Positions 28,368 through 41,141 of a DNA stretch of 64,000 nucleotides are shown in pieces (the first letter of the stretch is position 1; each line of letters opens with the position of its first letter). Source of the DNA: Eledone cirrhosa (Eukaryota); the NCBI GenBank assembly GCA_964016885.1, contig OZ024741.1, forward strand, positions 333,808,001-333,872,000. Direction: 5' to 3'. The notes under the pieces are model-generated. The model was not told the DNA's origin and did not search any database. It saw only the letters and a list, made by a program, of their open reading frames with translations. Position numbers and translations under genes: made by a program.

Positions 28368-29082
28368 CAACGTTTCTCAACCGGGGCCCTCCAGAACCCT
28401 AGGGTTCTACAATAGGTTGCTATATGTTCCGTGACAAACAGTGATAAATAAACTAATGCATTTTTGAGTAATTTTTTCTTTAATTTTATATTCACATTTT
28501 ACTAAATACGTATGGCATATTGCTGGAATATCCTTGGTTATTATAATAAAGGCTTTAACCTTTTATATTATTAAAAACTACGTCCTTATCCATCACTACA
28601 CTGAGGTCTCATAAAGGAGCAGTATGTTTTGTTTTTTCTTTTTTTGACATTGCCAATAAATTTGACAAAAAAGGGGGTCATTTTTTCCATAACCCTTTAG
28701 CATTTACATTACTCTATATTTACTATTGTATTTTCATGGTAAAAGCTTTACCTCACATAATAATCTCACATAATATCAAATCTATGATATTTTGATGTTA
28801 TTTATTTTGAGAACAATACCTTAATGTAGGTATGAGCAGTCAGTTACAGCCAATTTAAACAAAAAGAGGTGAGAGAGTTCTGATCGGATATGGCCAGTTT
28901 AAATGCTAAAGGGTTAAACCAGTTATATGAAAAACAAAATATTGTTTACCACATGAACAATGATAAAACTATAAAAGAGATAGATGTTAGTAATGGTATA
29001 TAATAATTTTTATGCAGAGGTTCACTGAGACATAAAAAGTATTTCAAGAGTTCCACAAGGGTAAAATGGTTGCGAAATGCTG
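28368..29082. mobile_element. hAT (Charlie-like) non-autonomous DNA transposon
   Basis: TIRs caacgtttctcaacc / ggttgcgaaatgctg and perfect 8-bp TSD atctatac (28360-28367 and 29083-29090). Confidence 0.9.
28693..28913. mobile_element. piggyBac-like MITE nested in the hAT element
   Basis: ataa-ccctttagcattt ... aaatgctaaaggg-ttaa. Confidence 0.85.
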
Positions 29083-29684
29083 ATCTATACATTTAACAAC
29101 TTGATAATCTATCTATGTCTATGTTTAGTTTTGTTTGTTTTGTTTTGTTTATTCATCTTTTACTCTTCACATCCTCACATCCTGTATCATATCAAACCGC
29201 ATTTGTAAGACATTCTTGAAAAATATAAAACAGCTCTATGACTGCATCACATTAACAATTGTAAATTTCCACAACAATATCTACACTAGTAAACATACTA
29301 CAGATATTTGAATTAACAAACCTGATTTTTAAATATTGTTTTGCTGAATCATTACATGATCTTTACAATTACTGTTACATCTGGAGTTAAATGATCAAAA
29401 CAGTTTATAGCCTTATTAATTTGCTAATAATTTCTTTCCAAATTTATTGACTTTTCTCAGATGGTAGTGATCATATCTACTGAAAAGAGACAGAGACAGA
29501 CAGAGAGAAGAAGAAAGAGGGAGAGAGAAAGAGGGAGAAATACAGAAAGAAAGAAGGAAAGTAAGAAAGAAAGAAAAGGAAAACGAAAGTTGTAAAGAGC
29601 AATTAATTCTACCCTCCGTCAATTTGACATGATATCAATCTTTTTTTGAAAACATCATTTGACGGAACTAAGACGTTTGCTGAT

Positions 29685-29711
29685 ATGAAGAAGGAAAGAA
29701 ATCAGAATCAG
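29685..29711 (+). other. Candidate first coding micro-exon MKKERNQNQ with CAG|GTAAGA donor (phase 0)
   Basis: ATG in unique sequence after a purine-rich leader, a strong donor consensus and a T-rich sequence after it; no partner exon found. Confidence 0.3.
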
Positions 29712-29994
29712 GTAAGAATTTTATTATGTTTTATAATTTTTTCGTTATTCCTCCCTCAAAGTAGTTATAAATGGTTACAGGTTTTATGGTGACATAAACC
29801 ATTTCAAAACAAAGGTAAAAAATGCCATCTTTTTAGATATTTCTTTTTTACAAAATCATTACAGGATGTTCAGAGTTAATTAATAATGTTATATATATAT
29901 AACGTTTAGGAAATATGACTGCATCATGTTATCATGTAAAGTATTTACTCTAATACTGCTAATTTTCAAAACAATCTGTCAGAGGAGAGGAAGG

Positions 29995-30185
29995 GCTTGA
30001 CTGACCACTTCCTTTTGTACCGGTCACCATTGAGACCTCAGTTGTCTTCTGTCCCCACACTGCCAATTTCCTCTGCAAAATTGGAAAGATGGGAGCCCAG
30101 CTGAGGAAGGATCCACATAAGGTGTTGCAGCAGGTGTCACTGGCCATTCTGCAGGGAACAGCCAAATCACCCCTCAGACTGGGAT
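29995..30185 (+). mobile_element. CRE/R2-group non-LTR element fragment (restriction-like endonuclease C-terminus)
   Basis: Translates FVPVTIETSVVFCPHTANFLCKIGKMGAQLRKDPHKVLQQVSLAILQG, matching the RLE-end motif FxPxAxETxG...QRxSxAIxRGN. Confidence 0.65.
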
Positions 30186-31189
30186 GTAGAGTATGTCCCT
30201 CTCTCTACAACTGCATTTCTTTTCTTACTTAATTTTCTTCTTTGTTTACAAACATTTATTTATAAAAAGATCTATCCTGAAGTATCTGTCCACTAGTAAA
30301 GCTATCATAAACACTTGAACTAACAAACTCGGTGATGGTGATGATAAGGATTTTTAGATATTTCCTACTCAATCATTAGAGAATGTTAAGAGTTAATATA
30401 CAGTTTACAGTTTATAAATGTGAACTTTTAATAAGAATCTTGGAAATCTTTATTAAACTAATATTAACCTTCTTCTGGTGTCTTGCTTCCAGCCAATATT
30501 CTACTTCTATTATTAACCAGACTTCATTCATAGCAATCCTGTTATTGGGAGAAGCCAAGCCAAATTATAGAATATTAATTAATTCTTAAAAACTACTTCA
30601 CTTTACTATATAGCCTTCTGTGGTTGAGTTGGTGTTGTTGGTGGTGGTGTGGTTGTTGTTGTTGGTGGTGTTGTTTTCGTTGGTGGTAGTGGGAGTAATG
30701 ATGGGGTGATTGGTGGTGCAGTAGGAGGTAAATGCTGAGGAATTTATAAAAGGTTCAAGAAGGAACCTTTAAACTAAGATGTATAAACAAAAACATATAC
30801 AGACACATACATACATGCATATGTACACACAGATGCTCACAGACATACACACACACTCATACACAGAAATACTCACACATAGATCCACACACACACATAC
30901 AGGCTTTCAGAAAGAAACACACACATCAATAGACATATCCATAAATGCACACACACACACACACACACACATACACACACTTGTTCCTATAAAACATAAA
31001 TATTTTTATTTTGATATTTTGAACAAATCACTTTTAAGAAGAAAAACATAAAACAAAACAAAAAACTAAGCAACAAACAGGAGGGAAAGAGCTAGAATTA
31101 TTAAGCAAAGAAAGAAAGGAGGAAGGGGAGAGGGTGACAGACTCGACACTTAAGTCAGAGTGGTGTTTTGGCTGTACTTTGCAGATAAA

Positions 31190-31307
31190 ATGGCAACAGC
31201 ATTGCTGCAAACAATGGCCAGCAACATCCAATGTAATAGCCATCCCTCCTCACAGGGCTCCTTCCTCAGGTGGGCTGCAGTCATTCCAATTTTACAGAGG
31301 AGGGCAG
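31190..31307 (-). mobile_element. Second CRE-like RLE C-terminal fragment
   Basis: Minus translation LLCKIGMTAAHLRKEPCEEGWLLHWMLLAIVCSNAVAIL aligns with the 30012-30170 peptide. Confidence 0.6.
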
Positions 31308-31589
31308 CTTAATGACTGCCTGTTGTGAGATCATCAACCACTATGTTGCCAAGCCAATGTTGGAGTTCCTGTATGGTTGCTAAACCTGCTAGAAATAGTA
31401 GCTAAATGTTGTTTAAATCACACCGTAATCAATACACAGTGAATAATATGTTCTAAGAAGTGATAAAAGATTCATGTCAGGAATGGCATCTGGTCATATA
31501 AAAAGAGGTCCCATGATAGTTATGGAGCTTGTCATGAGGCCCACCAGAGAACCCTTGCTTTAGCAGTGAAGAGGTCCTTTAATCACATG

Positions 31590-32005
31590 ATCAGAAAATT
31601 TGGGGGAAGGGCGACGTTGATTAAATGAATCCAAATAGTTCATTGGTACTTTATTTTATCAATCTTGGAAGGATGGAGGGCAAATTTGACCTTGTAAGGA
31701 TTTGAACTCAGAATGTAAATTGCCAAAAGAAATGCAGCAATTGCTCTACCAATTCTGCCAATCCACCATCCTGCTGGATATGTAAATATTGGTTTCTAAT
31801 TTAGGCATAAGGCCAGTAAATTTGGGGAAAGGGTAAAGTTCATTAAATCAACCCTAGTACTTAACTGGTACTTTAGTTTATTGACCTTGGAATTATGAAA
31901 AGCACAGATGACCTTGGTGGAATTTTAACTTAGAAGAGTTCAAGAGCCAGAACAAATACCCAATGGTATTTCATCCAATGCTCTACCAATTCTGCCAATC
32001 CACAA
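31590..32005 (-). mobile_element. Two SINE family A copies
   Basis: ggtactttattttatc...gaccttgtaaggatttgaactcaga and a second copy at 31790-32005. Confidence 0.85.
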
Positions 32006-32599
32006 AATTTAGTTCATAGCTATGCAAAGATCAAAGGGACAAAGGCTTATATTTGGCTCCTGGATTGTTAAACGGATGTGATGCACAGTTAAACAATAGA
32101 TAACTGGTATATTTCAGATAAATGTTAACCTGCAAGAAATTAGATTTGGGATGGATATACACCAGATCCTACTTCAGTTTTACCACATTGCTCTTACCTT
32201 AAATATTAAGTATATATAATACTTTCCACGATATCTATTTTGAGTTTGTCCAGACAAAATTACTGCACCCTATAAACTGCAATGCTGAATTAGCGGAAGC
32301 ATTAGAACATTATACAAAATGCTTTCATCATCATCATAATCCTTATTATCTTCATTTTATATCCGCCTACCTACGTGCATAATTACCTCATAAACAGCCC
32401 ACTAACATTTCTATTTACCTTATAAACAGCACACCTACGTCCCTATTTACCTCATCAACAACCCACCTACAGTAATATTTATCATACACACAACCCACAT
32501 TCATCCAATATCTATTTACATCATACATATAACATCATTATTTCTGCTTACCTCACTGTGTTTACATATATATAAATATATATGTATTATATATGAATA

Positions 32600-32678
<79 letters not shown>

Positions 32679-32884
32679 ACATACTCCCCCACATCTCAAT
32701 GTAAGCTGGCGTTATCCATATCCCTTTATTTCGTAACCTTCACACTTCTATGGGCTTATTTCTCTCCACTTTGTATACCCTCTTCTATAACCTTCCCTCT
32801 CTCTCTTACTCTCTTTCTTTCTCTCTCTCTCTCTCATATGAGTGTGAGAGAGAAAGAGAGTGGGTGTATATATGTATGTGTGTG

Positions 32885-32919
<35 letters not shown>

Positions 32920-33020
32920 ATGTATATGCTTGTATGCATGTATTTGTGAGTGAGTGTATATATATATATACACACACACACCTATACACATATACATCTT
33001 GTTCTCTCTCTCTCTCTCTC

Positions 33021-33097
<77 letters not shown>

Positions 33098-33236
33098 GTG
33101 TTGTGGTGATTTCCAATCCAAACTGCTTCATTGCTCATCTAATAGATATTTCATTCCTTTATCATTTACTCTCCATTAGCAGTTAACCACTAACTCCTGT
33201 CTATATACTGATCACACACTGACACACACACAGTCT

Positions 33237-33274
<38 letters not shown>

Positions 33275-33493
33275 ATACATATTGATCACACACTGACACA
33301 GACAGACATCACCTCTCTAACATACTCAAAAACCACTACACACAATTATATATAGACACACACACACACACACACACACACATTGTATGAACACAAACAC
33401 ATATGCATGTAACTATATATACACCTTCTCCATACACACATGTAATTATATATAGACACCCACACTACACTATATTCTACACACACACACACG

Positions 33494-33534
<41 letters not shown>

Positions 33535-33630
33535 CTATATACACCCACCCACACACTGTTCAAATAAGCTTTCTATTCTCAACTTTTTTTTCCTCATCAA
33601 AATATATTTACAAAATCAACTGCAGCTACA

Positions 33631-33677
<47 letters not shown>

Positions 33678-33844
33678 TATCTTTACTGCTCTCTCATCCC
33701 TCCTCTTTTTCACTCTTTCTCTCACCATCTCTCCTCTTTCCCCTCCCTCTCTTTCACCATCTATCTATCTCTCATCATCTTTCACTCCCTCTTACTGTTT
33801 CACTATCTCCATTCTTTCTCTCTCTCTTCCTTTTTATTGTTATC

Positions 33845-33886
33845 CCCACCACCACTACAATTGCTGTTAGTATCAAAACAACAACA

Positions 33887-33921
<35 letters not shown>

Positions 33922-34077
33922 AACTACTACTACAACTACCTCCACCAATATAGCTGCTCGTATTACCACTACCAATACTACTACAGCTGCTAGTATTACT
34001 CTCACCTCCACCACCACCACCACAACTACTATTGCTAGTATTACCACTACTATTACAGCTGCTAGCATTGCCACCAA

Positions 34078-34122
<45 letters not shown>

Positions 34123-34150
34123 CATTACCACCACCACCAATACTACTACG
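33845..34150 (+). repeat. (ACT/ACC)n degenerate trinucleotide repeat
   Basis: actactact/accaccacc tracts. Confidence 0.9.
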
Positions 34151-34359
34151 GTTATGTTATCTCATTGATTCAGTGGTCATGGTGATCCAAGTCTAACACC
34201 TAAGGTAATCCTAAGTGAGAACATATGTCAAAGTGAAACCTAGCCAATTTAGAGTGAGATGAACGATTTCAAAATGAGATTTTGTTGAACTACTAGTTAT
34301 GGGACATAAACACAATCATAAACGTACACTTAGACACACACACACACACATATATATTG

Positions 34360-34490
34360 GTGAAGGCGTGTGGCTAATTGGTAAAAGAATTGGATGCGCA
34401 ATTGTGATGTTGTGAGTTCAATTCCTTGACTGGGTGATGCGTTATGTCCTTGAGCAAGACACTTTATTTCACGTTGCTCCTTCTACCTGG
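34360..34490 (+). mobile_element. tRNA-derived SINE head
   Basis: gaaggcgtgtggctaattggt...gtgagttcaattcc...gtccttgagcaagacactttatttcacgttgctcc. Confidence 0.8.
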
Positions 34491-34784
34491 AGTTGCGACC
34501 GATAGAGAGTATTAGCAATTGGAAAGATTAATGGAAACATTGTTACCTTGGTCCGATTTGACGAAAGTCGATCGACTGCCACATATATATATATATATAA
34601 TAATGAAAATCGATTAAAGGTGTTTATCACTTTTCAATTTAGAAGGAAATTCCTATTTTCTGGCATGTTTATATGCCTACATATTAGATATATATTTATA
34701 TACACATTGGTGCAGCCTTGGTTAACCACTCTGTATTTATACAGAAATAACTTTATTATACACTTCAGTTGCTAGCGCACTTGC

Positions 34785-34869
<85 letters not shown>

Positions 34870-34870
<1 letters not shown>

Positions 34871-35125
34871 AAATTGGATAAGAAGATTTGGATGTAGTGT
34901 GCAAGAGAGAAGATTGCATTGTTATGGACATGCAATGCAAGTGGAAGATTAAAGCTGTATAAAGTAATGCAGAAAAATCTTGGTGGCTGGGACCCATTGA
35001 AAAGGTAGACCCAGGAAGACTTAGGATGAGGTTGTGATGGCTGAACATATGTAGCTATATCTCACAATGGAGATGACAAAGGACCATGAGAATTGGTGAC
35101 ATGCTGCACTGGAGAAGATCCACCT
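34870..35125 (+). mobile_element. Decayed RTE LINE ORF C-terminus
   Basis: VQERRLHCYGHAMQVED*SCIK*CRKILVAGTH*KGRPRKT*DEVV...EMTKDHENW*HAALEK resembles RRLRWYGHV.RM...GRGRPRKTWDEVV. Confidence 0.85.
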
Positions 35126-36961
35126 ATCAATATAAAAGGTGATATGGTCCACCCCTTGCCCTCCATTAACACTCCTTAAGAAGAAGATTCTTATCTTTTA
35201 TAGACAAGCGTTCATTACTATTACTTCATCACAACCTATTACTTCATCACTATTACTTCATCACAACATAACAACCTCTCTAGTGTAGGTAATCTACATG
35301 ACAAACACACCCAGTACATGCTGTAAAGTGGTTGGTGGTAGGAAGGGCAACCACCAATACAAAGCTTGCCAAACAAGGTGTTGGAAGGACCCTACAATTA
35401 TGTAAAAGACATGACAGCTTCTCTAGTACTGATGACAATAAAATGCTCTTGGTAGAGTGCAAGGCCAGTAGCCCTGTATGAATACTGACTCAGTCTGTGA
35501 AGAGCCATCCAACCCTTGCATGGACATCTAAAACTCTTAGTGAAAGCACAGTACATACTACCAAATCACACTCAATACCAAGTGATAGCTATAGTAAATA
35601 TCCCACCCACTAGAATTTTGCAGCCCTGCAAGAGATTAATAGAATATTTATGTCTTGCAAGCATGTCAAATGATTGTTTTGTTTTATAATTATTATTATT
35701 TGTTATTCAAGATATCCATCAATAAGTGATTGGTCATTTTGATTTCAAGAGTGGGTGATATCTATTTTCATCTGAGAGTCTCACTGAAGTGTCTTCCTGT
35801 TACATTTTCCCTGATGCAGGGGGGGGGGGGGCGTTAGGGAGTGGGAGAGGACCAGGATCATGCATCCACAGCTTTGTACCAATAATCTCTTGGCCTTCAC
35901 CTCATCCTCATCAATTATTATACACTGTCTTTCACACCTACAGTATTTGTGTGTCCCTCCTCCTCCACTACTGGGTGTCTGTTTCAGTGAAATCTGACTG
36001 AACCACTAAAAGTTAAATATACTTGCCTGCAATATTATAACAGTACAATAGCAGCTGTGACACAATACATACTGTCAATCATTCAGTAACTATGTGGGTG
36101 GGACCCAATCCTGCCCTGTGTCATTCTCAGAAAATGCACAGAGATGTTTTATATAATAAAATAATTTCTAATTAAAACATAATACATTTACATAGGAAAG
36201 CAAACGGTTTATCATTTTATACTCTGTTGTAAATTTACATCTTTCACTGATATACATCTGCTAATGATACATACATAGACACACACATATATATACATAC
36301 ATATACACATGTACATATGTATACACATACATACACAATCATGCATATGTATGTGTTGTAGAAGTCAGCTGCCCACTCAATATCAATGAAATAAGAAAAA
36401 TACAAGACAAGAAGGATGTCTATGGACCATGATGGGGAGTTTGCAGATCCAATACTCAAAATACATATTCAGTTTCAAACCTATTATTATTGGAGATACA
36501 TATATAGATAGATACCAATCTACCCAGATCAAAGTATGGCTGGAGAAAGAACACAGCTCCTTAACTCATAATCTACAAATGGCCATGATATCCTTCAAAA
36601 TCTTAAAAACATTCTTGATTCAAAGGATGATCGATTGCACAAGGGATGACAAAACTTCCCTTTTCTTTACAACCTTGCCACCAGGGAGGTGACCAATAAA
36701 AAATCCAATGGGCTTCTGCAGTTTCATCTACCAAATTCTACTCATAAGGCATTGGTCAATCTGATTTTACAGTGGAGTAGGTAGAAACTCACAATAGGAC
36801 AAGTTGAAAGCAGCAGGATCTTCAGATGAAGAACCAAGGTCATGACTCCTAGGTGTCCTCCTGCTGTTGGCAGAAGACACTTGCCAAAGTAGCCATGCAA
36901 CAGGACTGAACCCAGAACCAACTGGTTGTGAAGTGAACTTAACCACTCAGCCTATACATAT

Positions 36962-37115
36962 ATATTCATTTATTAAGGCTAAATAGTGAGTTTTGTTATT
37001 CTGGAGTTTCACCTGTTTATCACAGGGTCATCAGTTCTTGCCTGATGAACCTGTGATAAACAGGTGAAACTCCAAAGTAACAAAACTCACATTTTAGCCT
37101 TAATAAATGAATATT
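36962..37115. mobile_element. Fold-back element with back-to-back HHR cores
   Basis: About 73-bp arms; plus-strand CTGATGA-acctgt-gataa-acaggt-GAAACT-ccaa-AGTA at 37042-37079, mirrored on the minus strand. Confidence 0.85.
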
Positions 37116-37700
37116 AAAACCCCATTTCAGTATTGAATACCCTTTTCTCTCAGCAATCAAATACGGATATATATATATATATATATATTTCTGTATAGTT
37201 CTCATGCAGTAAACTATCCTAAAATATAAATTCATCTAACAAGACATGTTATCATCCTCTCATGGTGATTTACAACCTGGTGTCGTTTCACAATATGAGA
37301 CGCTATGACTCATTCTAAGGCTTCATAAAGTTAACCTCTTATAACAATTATTTATTATTTCATAACAATAATGATAATAATTAGTTTAAAAGATAAAAAG
37401 ATAAAATTAATTTAACAAGCCTTGAAGTTAATCTCACACTCCACACACATTTATTTATTTTTTGCCATCTTAAAGATTACAGGAGCTCTTGTTAACCCTC
37501 TTTTGTTTAAACGGTGTAATGTTTGTTTTTTAAACACTACACCAATGCCTGGAACTTCCCCACCCCACCTTTATGTACTGGGATCATTCATTTTGACAGT
37601 AAATTGAGCAAAATTTTCTTTCTCTCTCTCTTTATCACTGAAACAACACTGATGGTGAATACAAAAGCAATTATAGCAGCCCTCCCCTCCCTCTCTGAGA

Positions 37701-37995
37701 TAGAAGTGTAGGATGCTCAATCATAGCAAATAACTCCAAGTATAGTCAGCTGCTGTAAAACAGCTTATAAAATAGGGTAAAGACCCTTAGAGATGGAAAA
37801 AGCAGATGTCAGGAGCTGCTATGAGGGATTGAACATCATATCTCTCAGATAAGTGTTCTGACCATTGAGCTAAGGGAACTCTGGCAACTTTTTTTTTTCC
37901 ATCTTTAAGGGTCTTTACCCTGTTCTATAAGCTATTTTATAGCAACTGACTGTACTTGCAGTTATTTTCTATGCTTGAGCATCTTATATCTTCTA
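37701..37995. mobile_element. ~100-bp-arm inverted repeat enclosing a tRNA-like Pol III module
   Basis: Arms 37701-37801 and 37893-37995; the minus-strand loop has TAGCTCAATGG (A box) and GTTCAATCC (B box). Confidence 0.75.
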
Positions 37996-38077
37996 TAAAT
38001 GTATTCCCTCTGTATTTTGTAAATTCAAAAGTTCAAGCTTCACACATGATATATATATGCATACACAAACACATACA

Positions 38078-38480
38078 TCATCATCATCATCACCGTTTTA
38101 CGTCCGTTCTTCCACGCTAGCATGGGTTAGACAGGTTGTCCTGTTGTGGGCAGTGCCTGGTCGGCTGACCATGCCTTGCTCATACAGGAACTGATTTGGC
38201 TTGATTTCTACAGCTGCATGCCCTTCCTAATTTACAGTGAGTGCTGGGTGCTTTTTTCCGTGGCGCCTACACGTCTACTTTACAGTGTGGGCTGGGTGCT
38301 TTTTTGCCATGGCACCTCCACGACCACTTTGCAGTGGGAGGGTGTGGGGGCATATTGTCTATATGCTTCAGCTTCGGCTTGTACCTGCAGGGGGTCGGGT
38401 CTTCTGTATTACTGCATAACGCCAGAGGTCACGGTCATGTGTCATTGCCTTTGAGAGGTACAATTGGGTACAGTCGGCTT
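38078..38480 (-). mobile_element. RTE 3' end plus RTE-tailed SINE segment
   Basis: Minus peptide LSKAMTHDRDLWRYAVIQKTR followed by the shared tail ending gacgtaaaacggtgatgatgatg. Confidence 0.8.
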
Positions 38481-38533
38481 TATATATATATATACATATG
38501 CATTCACACACACATACATATATATATATATAC

Positions 38534-38577
<44 letters not shown>

Positions 38578-38581
<4 letters not shown>

Positions 38582-39010
38582 TGTTATACTTGGGGAGGGT
38601 CATATTTGTGTAATAATATTGCCAGAATTAATAACAGAACACACTCACTGTTTGGTTGGTTTTCGTTTCTGTGTCCTTTATATCGGTTAATTTAATTTAA
38701 ATAAATAAACAGACTAAATAAAGATGGCGTGGGCATACAATCTAATGGGAAGAAACATAATAGCACCACTGACGATGTTGCAGATGTGCAACAAAAGAAC
38801 TTTGTTAGACGATATATATGTGTTTGTATCTATATTGTATCTGTATTTTTGACCGTTGGTCAGTCAATGGTAACATTGAGGACCGAATAAATTAAATTAA
38901 CCGATATAAAAGACACAGAAGCGAAAAACAACCAAACAGTGAGTGTGTTCTGTTATTAATTCTGGCAATATTATTACATAAATATGACCCTCCCCAAGTA
39001 TAACAATATT
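38578..39010. mobile_element. ~120-bp-arm inverted repeat element with internal decayed HHR
   Basis: Arms 38578-38698 and 38887-39009; internal CTGACGA-t-gttgca-gatg-tgcaac-AAAA at 38769-38796. Confidence 0.8.
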
Positions 39011-39081
39011 TGTTTCGACACACGATTTCATATCAAAAACCTCGCAAAACTAATTCATCGCCATATATATATACATACATA

Positions 39082-39303
39082 TCATCATCATTTCATCATT
39101 TCATTTTACGTCCACTTTTCCCTGCTTGCAAGGGTGGGACGGGAACTGATTCTGGCTTGATTTCTACAGCTGGATGCCCTTCCTAACACCAACCTCATTT
39201 ACAGTGAGTGCTGGGTGCTTTTTTGCCGTGGCACCTCCACGACCACTTTGCAGGGGAATGATATGGATTTCAGTCCCTATCATCTCATTTCAACAGCTGA
39301 GTA

Positions 39304-39306
<3 letters not shown>
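39082..39306 (-). mobile_element. 5'-truncated copy of the RTE-tailed SINE at 63272-63615
   Basis: Near-identical ttttccctgcttgcaagggtgggacgggaactgattctggcttgatttctacagctgg. Confidence 0.85.
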
Positions 39307-39342
<36 letters not shown>

Positions 39343-40568
39343 ACACATACGTATATATATAGACATACATATATACACACATACATATATCTTCCTCTCT
39401 CAATCAATCCTACAACAACGGTGATGATGAAAACAAAAGCAATTATAGCAGCATCTCTCTCTCTCTCTTCAAAGTAATATTAACAGGGACAGTGTGTGTA
39501 ATCCAGAGCTATTTTCAACTGAAGTTCTGTCAGCTAAAGGTGAAACTGGAATTCAATGGAATAGCAAATCTTATGAAGGGGCAGAGAAGTGACAGGGAGC
39601 AAAGAGAGAGAGAGAAGAGTGAGAGTATGGAAAGTATGGAGTGAGGTGGTGCATGGAGAATAAGGAGAGAGGGAGCTCAAAAAGTGAGAGGAGCAGAGAG
39701 CAAGGAGTGTGGGGGAAAGAAAGAGCACTGAGCATGAGCATGCGGTGTGAGGGGAGGGAGCTACTGAGGAAGAAGTAATAGGGAGCACAGAATGTGAGAG
39801 TGAGGAAGGAAGGATGAGAGTGAGGTGGAGGTTGGACTGCAAAGGAGGGGGGTGAGATGAAAGGGTACATTAAGGTTGAGTAGGGGGACTGCAGAGAGAG
39901 AGGTGAAAGAGAGCAAGGAGACTGAACAGAGGGGATGTTGAGGGGGTTAGTGGAGGGAACATAGAGAGTTAGAAGAGAGGAATAGAAAGGGAACAAGGAG
40001 GAGAGGAGCTAACTTTATTAGTTTTAAAGTAGCATTGACAAACTATGCAACACCCATACACATGTATGTGTGTGTATATGTCTGTGTGCGTATGAGTGTG
40101 TGTGTGTAACATTTTTAAAGTAAGAATCAATACAGATAAATTCTTTCAAATATATAAATCTACATTATAATCTTCCACTAGAAATTTCAATTATACTCAT
40201 ATTTAGACTCACACAGACCTCCACCATTTATTTTGTATGTGTGTGTGTGTTAATGCACCAAAACCATAGTGATTTCCAGAGGTTGGCTGAGTAGATGGGA
40301 CTGTCCATTTTTCAATTGTTTTTTCCATTTTCTTAGCCTTATTCAGACCCTGTTTTGAATTCATATTCTAATGATTAGCCATGTAAGCTTTTTTTGAATC
40401 TATATATCAATGTATGTATGTATATATATGCAGAAATTCCTGTCACTGTCATTGAAGTCACAGATATGACTGGTAAATTTAGTACTGGAAATCATGTTGA
40501 GTACCTGGACTTTATCTCAGTTTTGTTAGTATTTTAAAAATCTGCCTTATGTCATTGTCATGTAGGAC

Positions 40569-40779
40569 TTTACCACCTGTGTTGATTTGATAGAGTCAAG
40601 GTAACCTCCTCAACTTCATATATCATAGACATTGCATCATGGTATGTTTGGTCTAGAGTGCAAGCCTCTGATATTTACCACCTGTTGTTGATTTGATTGG
40701 GTTAAGGCAACCTCCTCAGCCTCACATATATCACAGACATTGCATCTTTGCATGTTAGGTCTAGAGTGCAAGCTTCTGG
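40569..40779 (+). repeat. 105-bp tandem duplication
   Basis: tttaccacctg..gttgatttga...ggtctagagtgcaagc at 40569 and 40674. Confidence 0.88.
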
Positions 40780-41141
40780 TCTTTTGTAATATGTTGTGGA
40801 TGAGCTCATCAGGTTGCAGGTGATGGAGGATCTAACATTTCTGGCATGGAAATAACTGATTATAATGTTATGTCTGCAGAGATCATTCTATATCTAGAGC
40901 ATACAAAGGAATGCTTGTTTATAAAAGATAAGACTCTTCTTCCATTAGCATTACAATTAAGAATGCTGTGATATAGACCTCTTCTAAAATCTGGGAACTT
41001 ATTATTTATTGTGTCAAAAATGCATAACCCATTTCTATATACTACAAACTTTTTCAACAAATTGTCAATTTTGGATACTTGTGTATGTGTGTGTTTCCAG
41101 ATGTATACATTTTAATAAATGGTGTTAGTACATTCAAGAAA

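Noticed and set aside
29615-29666. ccgtcaa...ttgacgg hairpin as a possible pre-miRNA
   Set aside because: Only a short stem with a poorly paired interior; I recognised no conserved bilaterian or molluscan mature miRNA in the window.
33775-34210. Thr-rich mucin-like frame ending near an AAG|GTAATC donor
   Set aside because: Built from (ACT)n; an in-frame TGA (MLSH*) precedes the donor.
37815-37880. Functional tRNA gene
   Set aside because: A and B boxes are present but the anticodon arm and acceptor stem cannot be folded; all tRNA-like sequences here look repeat-derived.
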